A stretch of 64,000 nt of DNA from Macrostomum lignano (lineage: Eukaryota). Positions 36,685 to 49,208 of this stretch are shown here, piece after piece (the stretch's first letter is position 1; each line of letters begins with the position of its first letter). A model generated the notes under the pieces. That model saw nothing but the letters and a program-made list of their open reading frames with translations. It was not told the origin of the DNA and did not search any database. The stretch lies in NCBI GenBank assembly GCA_002269645.1, contig NIVC01000291.1, positions 186,001-250,000 on the forward strand, written 5' to 3'. The position numbers and the translations under genes are program-made.

Positions 36685-38227
36685 AGCTTTTTACCTTGTT
36701 GCAACAATATTATTTTATAATAATTATAGGATACAACAATTTATATGGGTTTTCCCATATTATCGTTTCTGTCTGCCAACAGTTCAGGAAAACAATGAAC
36801 TATGGACATAGACTCGATGTTAACTTTCTCTGTGTAATCTCTAGAGTCATATTCTCAAACTTTAGGCAAGGATCTTTCCCCTTCAATCAGTATATTTTAT
36901 AAGCTAATAGACTATATGCAAGCAAGGAGGAATAGGGGAAGAAAGTGGAATCAGGTTTTTTGCCTGATTTTTTAAAATTCAAATTCCTGCTAAAACCAAA
37001 AAAATGCATTTCTTGGTTTTTATGCAAATTTGAATTTGAAATAGTCTAATGAACAAAACTATACTTATGCCAAGTTACCAAGTAAGTATGCCATAAGAAA
37101 GAAAAATTGCAAAATAAATTAAGAGCATTGCTTTCATGAATTAAAATATTCAATGCAATTAGTTTTATGAAGGCAGTGATAATTCGACTGGCAGCTAGCC
37201 CTATTCCTACAATGTAAATTGTTTGAGGTAAAACAAAAGCTAAAAATAGGTAGTTAGTATTTAATCGCATAACACTTGCCTTTCAATACTTTTAAAGATG
37301 CAAAATAACTCAGTAATTATTTGATTCTATTTTTGAGTCTTTGACAGTTGCATTTCTGTTAGTTGAATAAACATTGCCTTTCAACATTCCATTTATTTAT
37401 TTTTGACAAATTACTCGCAATTTGCAAATGCATATGCTGCCACTTTAAGAGATATTATTGTGTATATGTGACAAGTGAAAAGCTTGGAAATGGATTTGAA
37501 TGCTACAAAAACAAATTGAATGCTTCTATAATACATTTATAGCGCTTAAAAGATGGTTAAAATCACTGTTGCCACTCAAAATTCAGAAAAGCCACAGAGT
37601 TCATGCATGCATGAAACATTTGCCAACACTTCTAGAAACTTTTAACAGATGCAGAAATAAATGTTAAATGCTTAATACATAGTTCACGCATTACTATACC
37701 AAACCAGAGTTGGTTGCTTTTTAATGGCTAAAAGTGTAAAAATGATTTCAACATGCCTACAATGCTTGAACACTCCAGTTCCCAGTTCAGAATTACTTGG
37801 GCAATGCATCATGCATTATTGCATAGCATAAAAGTTAAACTGCAATTTTTAGTAAACCTGAAACAATTACAAGCTAACAAAAGAGTTACTGTGAGGGGTA
37901 TTTTAATACCTTTTTTACAGACCAGACCAATTTTTATATATCTTGATGATGTCAATATTGGATTAGATGGTTTTGAAAGTTGTTTCATTTGAAAGAGCAT
38001 AAAATTTTAGCCCATGTTATGAATTTTTGTGAAAATCTATGTAAGGGTTCAAGAGATTCATGGTCTGGAAAAAAAGGTTTTCAAATACCTAGCCCTGCCA
38101 CAAGATCATCCTACTGTTTTACAAGAAGTTCAAAGATAGGGAATTTCAGTTTTTAGAAGATGTCATATTGCCAATTGCTAGTTCTCACTTATCTTGACAA
38201 TTAATAATTAATGCTAGATCTTAACAA

Positions 38228-39950
38228 TTAATGACTATCATCTTCAATAGAATAGAGGTCAAGATCACAAAGCAGCTCTGCTCCCTTAATGTCTTCACTG
38301 GAAAGCATGTAGCGTGAGCAACTGGCACTTGAGTTCCACATTTGAAAGGCTACCTCAGGCTCAAAGTCAAATTCAGTGAAATTGGCTGCATTAAGATGCA
38401 AGTGCATAAGCAGATCTGTTGTTGGCATCAGAATGCAATTGTGAATTGGCATTTTTAGTCTGGAAAGCAACGAGAAACCACACTCGACAGTTGCATTTTC
38501 TGTTGTAAATGTCAGCAAAATGCAAGTGAGACTCAAAAGCAGTGGCCAGTCTGCAGAGCACCATGCTGCAATCAAGAGTAGAGTGCGCCATGTTGAAGTA
38601 GGACTACAGGAATTGAGAACTTTGAAGCAGTAGTTACTCCATTCACTTAATAGCTGTTTTTCACCATGCAATGCAACTTCAATGTCATTGATTAGATTGG
38701 CTTGAACCTCAGCTGCTTGCATTGCTATATGGCATGGCATTAGACAACAGAAGACAGTGTATAGGCACACAATTCTGTCTTTGCCATATGTAGCAAACTC
38801 TCTAGCAACAGTAGGCATACTGACATACACTCGGGGTCAAAGATTTGCATGCATGACAGCATACCATTGTCCTCATTGGCAAGAAAATGCTGATCCAAAT
38901 TCTCTACCAAAGATTTGATGAATGCAGACAAGTCAACAAAAAAGCTGCCACCAACAGATTGGCTAGTTGAATTAGCAGATGCCTATAGCTGGGTACGTGT
39001 CTGGCTAGAAAACTACACATTGACATCAACCAATTTGTCCATTGATGCAGTGCTCTTTAGATGCCTAGTCTCATCCAGTAGCATAGTGGTGAGTTCTGCA
39101 CTGGTTGCTAGAATTCGGGCCTTTAAATCCAATAGATGAAGTCCCTGCCTGAGGAAGAATAGAGTGGCAGAGCTAGAGGTCATAGGAAGACAACTTGACA
39201 AGGAAAGTAAAGAGAACTAGTAAAGGCTTTCTGTAGCAAAACTAGTCTGACAGTCTAGTGCCTAATTTAGCAAATAGAAAATAGTAATTATTGTGATCAG
39301 TCTGAATATCTTGTTCTAGCTCAACTGCCCAAGGACTGCAACTGCAAGTGCAGTGTAGATCATAGATACCAAGGCCTACCAAGGCACAATTTCCTATTGA
39401 GCTTAAAATACTAATATAGCTCACTGCTGCAGTGCTAAGTTGAGCCAGCCCAAAATTTTAAGCGCGTCATGCATGACAGCCAGAGTTATAATAAAGCCAG
39501 GGCTACACACGACACAAAAGTGGCCTTTGGCCACTGCCTGGCTATTAGAATCAACAGTAGTGTAAGTAGCGTAGGTCTCCAGCAGAGTGATAATAACTTG
39601 GAAAGATAGAAAAATGCACTCTAAGTCTGCCTTCTGCCACACCAGCCATCGGGTGTCAATAAACTTTCAGGATAGACATAGTCCTGGGTGGTCAGGATAA
39701 GATATATTATTTTGATTAGCATAATAATTGACTCTTTGAAGTAGTAGTTAGCAGAAAATTTGCCTTCTATATAAAAAGGAACAACCTTCTTTAGCAAGTA
39801 TCTGTGTCAGTCAGTCATTCTGCATGTTACTTATCTCATTCAGTACTTTAGCTAGGTCGCCAAGCTGCTTTAGATTTTTTGGCATCCTTAGGTATGCAAT
39901 GAGGCTACAATTACAAAGCTAGTTATCAACTTGCCCAACAATGGGGCAGT
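38228..39950 (-). pseudogene. Decayed hAT-superfamily transposase (ZBED/ZNF862-like), multiple stops and frameshifts
   Basis: KFIDTRWL at about 39660-39643; FIITLAVMHDALKILGWLNLALQ; FIKSLVENLDQHF...MQIFDP; hATC dimerisation domain WPLLLSLTCILLTFTTENATVECGFSLLSRLK...LMHLHLN..FDFE..AFQMW. Confidence 0.8.
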
Positions 39951-40399
39951 AATCATAGGCACTGCAAACACACAAATTATTCTGATAATGAATGTTTTTT
40001 AATATAAAAATTCTAGTAATCTATAAATGAAATAAGGATTTCTTAGCTTTTGTTGACTTGGAATATAAGTCAAAATTCCCGAAAGAAGTTTATTTTCTTA
40101 GTTATAGATAGATGTCCAAATTAAAAAATATATATACAAAAAGCATTTAAAAGTATGTACTTGACATTAATAACTTGACAATTTAGATTAAAATTACAAA
40201 AAAGCATTCAGAACCTATTTCACAACTACAATGCTTACTTTGCTTTAAAAGATTTTTTCTTTCTAATGACACTAAGGCAAGGGCATAATTATCTATAATA
40301 AGAAAGATATAATCTAAACTAGGCAAAAAACTGATTTGCTATTTAAAGAATCATTCAAATTCTAAAATATATTTTCCATTAGACAAATGTCCATTTTTG

Positions 40400-41250
40400 T
40401 CAATAAAAATATTTTAACATTTCTATTGCTCAAACAATTTTCATAAATAAAGACAATTTGGAATAGGCTAGTAATAGGTATTATTACTAATATTAATTCA
40501 AATATTATAAGACTCCAAAACATTCTGCCAACAAGACTCCCTTTATTGAACTACATAAAAACCCATCATATTTCACTCACAGAGTCCTTTCATTGTTTGT
40601 ATATGGCTTTTTTAGAAGACCGCAACATTCTTTAGAAATGGGGTTTAGAGCTATAGTCCATAGTTTCTATGAATGACTTGTAATACATGTAATTGAGAAT
40701 ATGCAGTGTGGCAAAACATAAATATGTAACATCTGCAAATATAATGAATCTAAACTTATCAAAATTTCTTCCCTTTATACTCTTCAGCAGTTTCGAAAAA
40801 AATTACTTTGTTATAAATTTTTGCATATCTGTATAGGCTCTAATGTATCTAATGATGTAGTGAAACCTATTGTAAGAGTGTGCATTACATTATCTCAGTT
40901 TATGAGTAGCAATGTTTTTATTATTTTTTATGATGCTCAGCTTCAGTTATAACTTAATGAGGTGCTCTTTTTAACTTCTGTATCCCATATTTAGGTCTTA
41001 TTTAGACTGACAAAAATTCCCTTTTGCCAAAGATTTTTGCAAGATGTACCCTTTTGACTTCAAGTCTTAAATCAGTGATTACATTGGGGGTGATGTAGTG
41101 GCAACCCCATTTAAATAACCTTATCTAACATAACCATGTTAGATATACTGATATCTTTAGTTGAAGTTCTCAAACTATACACTGCAAATTCTACTTCAAG
41201 TAATTGCTAAGGCGGTTAGACTGGCACTTAAAGCTAGTTTTTTTTAATAG
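40400..41250 (-). mobile_element. Possible highly decayed LINE apurinic endonuclease remnant
   Basis: Weak, interrupted motifs (YIRAYT..FFSKL; IIFADV; LESYNI*INISNNTY) loosely matching the APE VYAP / GDFN / NT.F blocks. AT-rich. Confidence 0.3.
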
Positions 41251-41569
41251 AAAGAAATTCACACGTTATAAACTTTGATAAATACCATACTTAATCTTTT
41301 AAATCTATAAGTTCCATAACTTCAACTGTATTTCTACTATAATTTTATTCAAACATTTCATTTTTCTGTCGTTTGAAGTGGCTTCAACGCCCTAGCACCT
41401 GACATTGAATATGTCGTTAAGTGAGTTCTAGTTTTCCTTCTTCCCCATAATGTACTGTGAGCTCTGCTGCTTGCTAAGATTTTGTATTGCTGTTTTAGAA
41501 ATTGTCTGAGGTCATTTAACAGTTCTTTGTGCGCATCCAAGTGTTGTGCTTCACTTAGAATCGCCTTCA

Positions 41570-42810
41570 ATCTGACCCTGAGAATCGATCTCAACTTGAC
41601 CCTGAAAATCGGTCTCAACCTGCCCCGAGAATCTCCCTTAACCTGACCCTGAGAATCGGTCTCAACCTGACCCCGAGAATCGATCTCAACTTGACCCTGA
41701 AAATCGGTCTCAACCTGCCCCGAGAATCTCCCTTAACCTGACCCTGAGAATCGGTCTCAACCTGACCCCGAGAATCGATCTCAACTTGACCCTGAAAATC
41801 GGTCTCAACCTGCCCCGAGAATCGATCTCAACCTGACCCTGAAAATCGGTCTCAATCTGACCTCGAGAATTGGTCTCAACCTGACCCAGAGAATCTCCCT
41901 CAACCTGACCCGGAGAATCTCCCTCAACCTGACCCCGAGAATCGGTCTCAACCTGACCCCGAGAATCTCCCTCAACCTGACCCCGAGAATCGGTCTCAAC
42001 CTGACCCCGAGAATCTCCCTCAACCTGACCCCGAGAATCTCCCTCAACCTGACCCCGAGAATCTCCCTCAACCTGACCCTGAGAATCGGTCTCAACCTGA
42101 CCCCGAGAATCTCCCTCAACCTGACCCGAGAATCTCCCTTAACCTGACCCTGAGAATTCTCTCAACCTGACCCAGAGAATCTCCCTCAACCTGACCCGAG
42201 AATCTCCCTCAACCTGACCCGAGAATCTCCCTCAACCTGACCCTGAGAATCTCCCTCAACCTGACCCGAGAATCTCCCTCAACCTGACCCCGAGAATCTC
42301 TCAACCTGACCCCGAGAATCTCCCTCAACCTGACCCCGAGAATCTCCCTCAACCTGACCCTGAGAATCTCCCTCAACCTGACCCGAGAATCTCTCAACCT
42401 GACCCGAGAATCTCCCTCAACCTGACCCCGAGAATCTCCCTCAACCTGACCCAGAGAATCTCCCTCAACCTGACCCGAGAATCTCCCTCAACCTGACCCG
42501 AGAATCTCCCTCAACCTGACCCTGAGAATCTCCCTCAACCTGACCCTGAGAATCTCCCTCAACCTGACCCGAGAATCTCCCTCAACCTGACCCGAGAATC
42601 TCCCTCAACCTGACCCAGAGAATCTCCCTCAACCTGACCCGAGAATCTCTCAACCTGACCCCGAGAATCTCCCTCAACCTGACCCCGAGAATCTCTCAAC
42701 CTGACCCCGAGAATCTCTCAACCTGACCCCGAGAATCTCCCTCAACCTGACCCCGAGAATCGGTCTCAACCTGACCCCGAGAATCTCCCTCAACCTGACC
42801 CCGAGAATCT
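41570..42810. repeat. 24-bp minisatellite (CTCAACCTGACCCCGAGAATCTCC), about 50 copies, ending about 20 bp before the GW182 acceptor
   Basis: Direct tandem copies, giving LREILGVR repeat ORFs. Confidence 0.95.
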
Positions 42811-42830
42811 CCGCCAACCCTCTCCACCAG

Positions 42831-45800
42831 GAAACGGAGCCGACAACGGCAACAGCGGCGGCAACGGCGGCTCCGGCGGCGGCTTCGGCAGCAGCAGCGT
42901 GTGGGCGCCAACCAGCGTCTCTGGCAGCGGCTGGAGCTCCGAAGTGACCACCTCAGCGGCCGGCTCTTCCACCGGAGCCGATGCGACGGGCCTGAAGGCG
43001 GGCGATGAGCCCGGCAAGGACGCCTGGCCGCAGCTGGACGGCGCCGCGGTCATCACCACGGCATCGATCGTCGACTCCGTCAATTCAACAGCTGACTCTT
43101 CTCAACAGCAGCCGAGGTCCGCTGGCGGTGGAAGCGCCTGGGGCGGGGGAGTCGGCGACTCAGCCAGCGGCGGCTGGGATGCCACTAGCGCGGTGTCGCC
43201 AACCTCAGACACGGCCAAGTCAGTCGGCGGGGCGATGGCTTCTTCTTCGACTGCGCCGCCGCCGCCGCTGTCCTCGCAGGCGGGCGTCTGGTCCTCGGCG
43301 GGGCTCGGCGGCGCCGCGTCCATCTGGGGCACCGGGCCGCAGGCCGGAGACTCCGCCGCAGCTTCTGTGTCGTCGCCGACCACGCCAGCTGGCTCCATGG
43401 AGGCGGCCTGGATGTCCGGCGCCGGCTGGAAGCCCGCCGCTGTCCCGGGGCCCGCCGGCGCTCCGGCTGATGACTTCGGCAACCTGCAGCAGCAGCTCGG
43501 CCAGCAGCAGCAGCTTCCACAGCCGCCGGCCGCATCTGGCGGGCCAGCCATGCCTGACGATCCGTCGGCTTCGGGCGGCGGCCAGGTGCTTGACGCCATC
43601 GTGAACAGCAACGATGGCTGGGGCAGTCGGCCGATCAACCAGACGACTCCCTGGGACCTCGGTTCCAGCGACGCGGCCGCGGCCACCGCCTCGATGAGGC
43701 CGGGCGAGAGCCTGGTGTGGAACCAGGAGCCCAACAACGGAACGGCCATCTGGGAGACGTACTACGAGAGCCGCGGCGAGCGGCCCGGCCGCTGGGATCG
43801 CGGCCAGCAGCAGCCGCCGCCTTCCAGCATGGAAGCCTTCCAGTCTGGCGGACAGCCGCCCTGGACCGGCGGCTGGAACAGCGCCGAGGCGGACGAGCCG
43901 TGGTCGGGGCTGGGCGGTCACCAGGGCGTGCCGCCCATGATGCCGCACCCCAAGATGCACCAGCAGCCGCATCACCAGCAGCCGCCGCCGCTGTCGGGCG
44001 GGCAGCCGCACAGCAAGCCGGAGATGCGGGCCACCCTCATCAGGCAGCTGGTGGAGTACGGATTCAGCAGGGAGGAGGCCACCCAGGCTCTCATCAACAA
44101 CAACATGAGTCTGGAGGGCGCCATGAACGAATTGCGGGCCGGCCTCGGTGGCGGTGGTGGCGGCGGAAGCCACCCGCACCAGCAGCGAGCTGCCGCTGCC
44201 GTTGCCGCCGCCGCTGCAGCCGCTGCCGCTGGCGGCTACCCTCCAAGCGGCGGAGGCGGCGGCGGCAGCGGTCGCGGTGGAGCTCCGCCGCCCCAAATGC
44301 GAGATCAGATCATGCGGCAGCTGCAGGCCGTGGTGCACCGCGGCATGATGGTGGGGCCGCCGCCGCTTCAACAGCAACAGCAGCAGCAGCAGCAGCAGCA
44401 GATGCCGCCAGCAATGCAGCAGGATGCCAAGCTAATGCAGCAGCAGCTCATGGTTGGCCAGAACCAGCTGAACCTGCTGACCAACCAGCAGCAGAAGCTG
44501 GTAGCAGCGATGCGACAGCAGGGCCAGATGAGCCCCATGTACGCTCAGCACGCCAGCCAGCTTCAGGAGCTGGTGGTCAAGTCCAACCAGCTCAAAACCA
44601 ACCTGCACCAGATCACCCAGCAGCTGCGCGCCATGGAAATCGGTGGTGGCGGAGGCGCCAGTGGCCCTGACGGGCGCGCACTCGCTCCCGGCATGCCTCC
44701 AATGGGACAGCAGCAGCAACAGCCGCCGCCTGCGCCGCCGCAGTCGCAGTCCCGCTTTGAGGCCTGGAGCGGCGGGCTGCGTGGAGACGAGCAGCGGGCG
44801 CCCGGCCAGCAGCAGCAGTCGCAGCTGCATGCCAGCCTGTCCAACCCCAACCTGATGGGCGGCCCGCACCCAGCCTTCCACCGGTCCATGTCGGAGATTG
44901 CGCCAGGAGGCGGCGCGAATCGGGGCGCCGGTGCCGGCGGAATTCCCGGCGTCATGGACGGCATCCCGGAGTTCGTGCCGGGCCAGCCGTGGGCTGGTGG
45001 CGTGGCCGGAGTCGGTGAGCTGTGGGCTCGCTGATATGACTACTTGGAGTAGATGGAGCTGAATCGGGAGTCCACGAGCGTATATTTAGATAAGATATTC
45101 GCTTTTTAACTAGTGTGATCCACTCTCCCTTGGCTGCTGACCCATCTCACTGGCTTCTGACCCATTTCCACTAGCTCCTGACCCATCTCTCCCTTGCTCC
45201 TGACCCATTTCCCACTAGCTCCTGACTCATCTCTCCCTTGCTCCTGACCCATTTCCACTAGCTCCTGACCCATCTCTCCCTTGCTCCTGACCCATTTCCC
45301 ACTAGCTCCTGACTCATCTCTTTCTGGCTCCTGACCCATTTCCCACTGGCTCCTAACCCATCTCTTCCTGGCTTCTGACCCATTTCCCTCTGGCTTCTGA
45401 CCCATCTCTCCCTGGCTCTTGACCCATTTCCTACTGGCTCCTAACCCGTCTCTTCCTAGATTCTGACCCATTTCCCACTGGCTTCTGACCCATCTCTCCC
45501 TGGCTCTTGACCCATTTCCTACTGGCTCCTAACCCGTCTCTTCCTAGATTCTGACCCATTTCCCACTGGCTTCTGACCCATCTCTCCCTGGCTCTTGACC
45601 CATTTCCTACTGGCTCCTAACCCGTCTCTTCCTAGATTCTGACCCATTTCCCACTGGCTTCTGACCCATTTCCCATTTCTGACCCATTGACCCATTTCCC
45701 ACTGGCTTCTGACCCATTTCCCATTTCCAATTTTTGACCCATTGACCCATTTCCACTAGCTCCCGACCCATCTCTCCCTGGCTCCTGACCCATTTCCCTT

Positions 45801-46797
45801 TGGCTCCTAACCCATCTCTTCCTGGCTTCTGACCCATTTCCCTCTGGCTTCTGACCCATCTCTCCCTGGCTCTTGACCCATTTCCTACTGGCTCCTAACC
45901 CGTCTCTTCCTAGATTCTGACCCATTTCCCACTGGCTTCTGACCCATTTCCCATTTCTGACCCATTGACCCATTTCCCACTGGCTTCTGACCCATTTCCC
46001 ATTTCCAATTTTTGACCCATTGACCCATTTCCACTAGCTCCCGACCCATCTCTCCCTGGCTCCTGACCCATTTCCCTTTGGCTCCTAACCCATCTCTTCC
46101 TGCCTCCTGACCTGTTTCCCTGGCTCCTGACACTATCTTGCGAAGGTTTTCCCTTAAATAAATGGAAGCCTATATTTCGCATAGTACTACAATAACTGGA
46201 ACGTAGTTTAGTCGAAAGTTTCTCCTATTTAATATTAACGCAGCCCTGCTTCCATCTCCTATTCTGCTCTCTGCAGGCGGCGCCGGCGGAGTCGGTCGCG
46301 ACGTCGATATCTCGTTTGGTCAAGGCGGCGGGGGCGCTGGTGGTGCGGTTGGCGGCGGCCTGTTCTCCGTCAGCCACGAGTCGCTGGAGCAGCACCTTGG
46401 CGGCGGCTCTCGCACCCGCGGCGCCGGCGGCGGCGGCGGCGGCGGCGGAGTCTGGCAGCAGCCGAGCATGGGCGGCCAGCGCTGCTGCCTGTTCATGCGC
46501 CAGCTCAGCCCGCAGCTCAACCGGGATGTGCTGAACAAAATCTGCACCCAGCAGGGCCGGGTTCACCGCCTGCAGGTGCACCCCGCCAACCTGTGGGCGC
46601 TGATCCAGTTCAGCTCGCATGACGAGGCGGACAAGGCTCACAAGAACTTGCTGAGTCTGGCCCAGCAGCTGACCCTCGCCACCGTCCAGGAGGCTGAGCG
46701 CCTCATCCAGATGGACTCGGCACCGGCCCCCGGCGGCTGGAGTGGCGGCGGCGGCGGCGGCTCGGCTGGTGTCTGGCCGGACATGGACCCGATTTGA
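42831..46797 (+). CDS. TNRC6: GW182/TNRC6 (gawky) miRNA-silencing scaffold: last two exons 42831-45014 and 46277-46797; 5' exon(s) not identified
   Basis: GW-rich region with GWGSRPINQTTPWD and NNGTAIW, UBA domain LIRQLVEYGFSREEATQALINNNMSLEGAMNEL, Q-rich region, QSRFEAW, PAM2 IPEFVPGQPWAG, and RRM CLFMRQLSPQLNRDVLNKICTQQG...FSSHDEADKAHKNL. Both junctions are phase 1. Confidence 0.93.
45125..46130. repeat. Intronic minisatellite of about 20 bp (GGCTTCTGACCCATTTCCCA-like) with a 278-bp higher-order duplication
   Basis: Tandem variants; ORFs ending at 45632 and 45910 encode the same peptide, offset by 278. Confidence 0.9.
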
Positions 46798-46882
46798 GAC
46801 CCGGGCCGCCCCGCCGACTCACTCTGTCACGTGACTTGTTCTCTGCTAATGCTGGGCTCAGTTTTGAATTGGCGCCAAGGAA

Positions 46883-46888
46883 AATAAA
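46883..46888 (+). promoter_or_regulatory. Candidate polyadenylation signal of TNRC6
   Basis: AATAAA 86 nt after the stop codon. Confidence 0.35.
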
Positions 46889-48123
46889 TCTAGAAGTAAT
46901 TTTAACTAGTTTCTATTAGTTTTCTTAGAACTTCAGAAGTAGGCACCTAATTTGTAGTTGTGGCGCGGGTTTAAATTGTGAGCACGTGACCGCCGATGCT
47001 TCTGTTTTGTCTGCCCGTTCCTGACTGCTAACTGATTTGAATCCAAAGCTATTTCTCTCGCACCGTCTGTTTAACCGGTTCCGACTGTTTCATTCTCTTT
47101 CAAATCATGATTTTTTATGAGCTGCGAGATTGCCCCAACAAACTTTTATTGGTGTGTTTCCATAGCAACTGTATAAACGCCTAGCAACCAGCCTCTTTTT
47201 CTATTTTCTAATCTAAGTTCTCAATTTCAATTAATTAGTAGACTTTTAGCTTGCAAGTGTTTGTATCCAAGGTAAACAAAACCGTTGCTATGCAGAAAAG
47301 TTTCAGTTATTTTAGCTAGAAATATTAGCTCAGAGAGTCGCTTTGCCTCATTAGGCTTTTTAGTAATTTAATATTATTCTTTTTTTACCTGTTGACCGCC
47401 CCGGCACCGGCTTGTTCACTATAAATCTGTCAGTCCGCAGGCCAATGCTTTTTCTGCCGCCCCCCGCTCCAGTGTTTTAGCCAGACGTGTCTACCTTCCT
47501 TTTTGCAATCGGCCTCCAGTATAGCCACTGCGGCAGTAATGTGTGCCGCTCGTCCATTCATTTTTCCCATTTCGCCTGAGTCCAATTTTACTGTGCAAGC
47601 CTTCGCCGCCCCGTACCTGCACTTGTTGACCCCAGCGTCAGTACCGTATCGCTACAGAGTCTTTCAGCTAGCAGAGTGCCGCCCGCTCACAGCCGGAGAC
47701 AGGCGGCAGACCAATGCCCGACTATTGTGTAGAGTTGAATCCCTGCCAACTGAGTTGCTGAGTATTTTTTACACCTGCGTTTCCACGTTTACAGTTTCAT
47801 TCATAATTAAATAAGCTCTGCGCGCAGACTAAAATGCCACAAAAACCGTCTGTGTTTCGTTAGCAGATGTGCGTCTCTTTTGTATCGGTAGTGCATTTCC
47901 TACCGGACTGTTTGGGCCTGCGTGCGACACTGCGGCTCTGGCTGCCCCCGTGAACAAAGACTAGCAATCTTAGTCCCTCCATGTTAAACGATAACGGACT
48001 GCATTTAAAAGCCTTGTAGGATCACTATTGTCTTGTTAGAGGTTAGTGGGTTTAAAGTAGAGAAGCATTAGCCTTCAGAACAAAGACTAGTTCTAGAACT
48101 CGTCTTTGACTAGCTAGTTCTTA

Positions 48124-49208
48124 ATCGCTTTAGAACAAAGACTAGTAGGCTTGAGCACAATGGCAAATTGCTCTAGAACAAAGACTAGTAGGCTTAGAGC
48201 ACAATGGCAAATTGCTCTAGAACAAAGACTAGTAGGCTTAGTGCACAATGGCAAATCGCTCTAGAACAAAGACTAGTAGGCTTAGAGCACAATGGCAAAT
48301 TGCTCTAGAACAAAGACTAGTAGGCTTAGTGCACAATGACAAATCGATCTAGAACAAAGACTAGTAGGCTTAGTGCACAATGGCAAATCGCTATAGAACA
48401 AAGACTAGTAGGCTTAGAGCACAATGGCAAATCGCTCTAGAACAAAGACTAGTAGGCTTAGAGCACAATGGCAAATTGCTCTAGAACAAAGACTAGTAGG
48501 CTTAGTGCACAATGACAAATCGCTCTAGAACAAAGACTAGTAGGCTTAGTGCACAGTGGCAAATCGCTCTAGAACAAAGACTAGTAGGCTTAGTGCACAA
48601 TGGCAAATCGCTCTAGAACAAAGACTAGTAGGCTTAGAGCACAATGGCAAATTGCTCTAGAACAAAGACTAGTAGGCTTAGTGCACAATGGCAAATCGCT
48701 CTAGAACAAAGACTAGTAGGCTTAGTGCACAATGGAAAATCGCTCTAGAACAAAGACTAGTAGGCTTAGTGCACAATGGCAAATTGCTCTAGAACAAAGA
48801 CTAGTAGGCTTAGTGCACAATGGAAAATCGCTCTAGAACAAAGACTAGTAGGCTTAGTGCACAATGGCAAATTGCTCTAGAACAAAGACTAGTAGGCTTA
48901 GTGCACAATGGCAAATTGCTCTAGAACAAAGACTAGTAGGCTTAGTGCACAATGGCAAATCGCTCTAGAACAAAGACTAGTAGGCTTAGTGCACAATGGC
49001 AAATCGCTCTAGAACAAAGACTAGTAGGCTTAGTGCACAATGGAAAATCGCTCTAGAACAAAGACTAGTAGGCTTAGTGCACAATGGCAAATCGCTCTAG
49101 AACAAAGACTAGTAGGCTTAGTGCACAATGGAAAATCGCTCTAGAACAAAGACTAGTAGGCTTAGTGCACAATGGCAAATCGCTCTAGAACAAAGACCAG
49201 TAGGCTCG
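48124..49208. repeat. 44-bp minisatellite, about 24 copies (CTCTAGAACAAAGACTAGTAGGCTTAGTGCACAATGGCAAATCG)
   Basis: Direct tandem copies with few variants. Confidence 0.96.

Noticed and set aside
41805-46182. LREILGVR and MGQ/KWVR repeat ORFs, and minus-strand ORFs over TNRC6
   Set aside because: Minisatellite artefacts and GC-rich antisense shadows.
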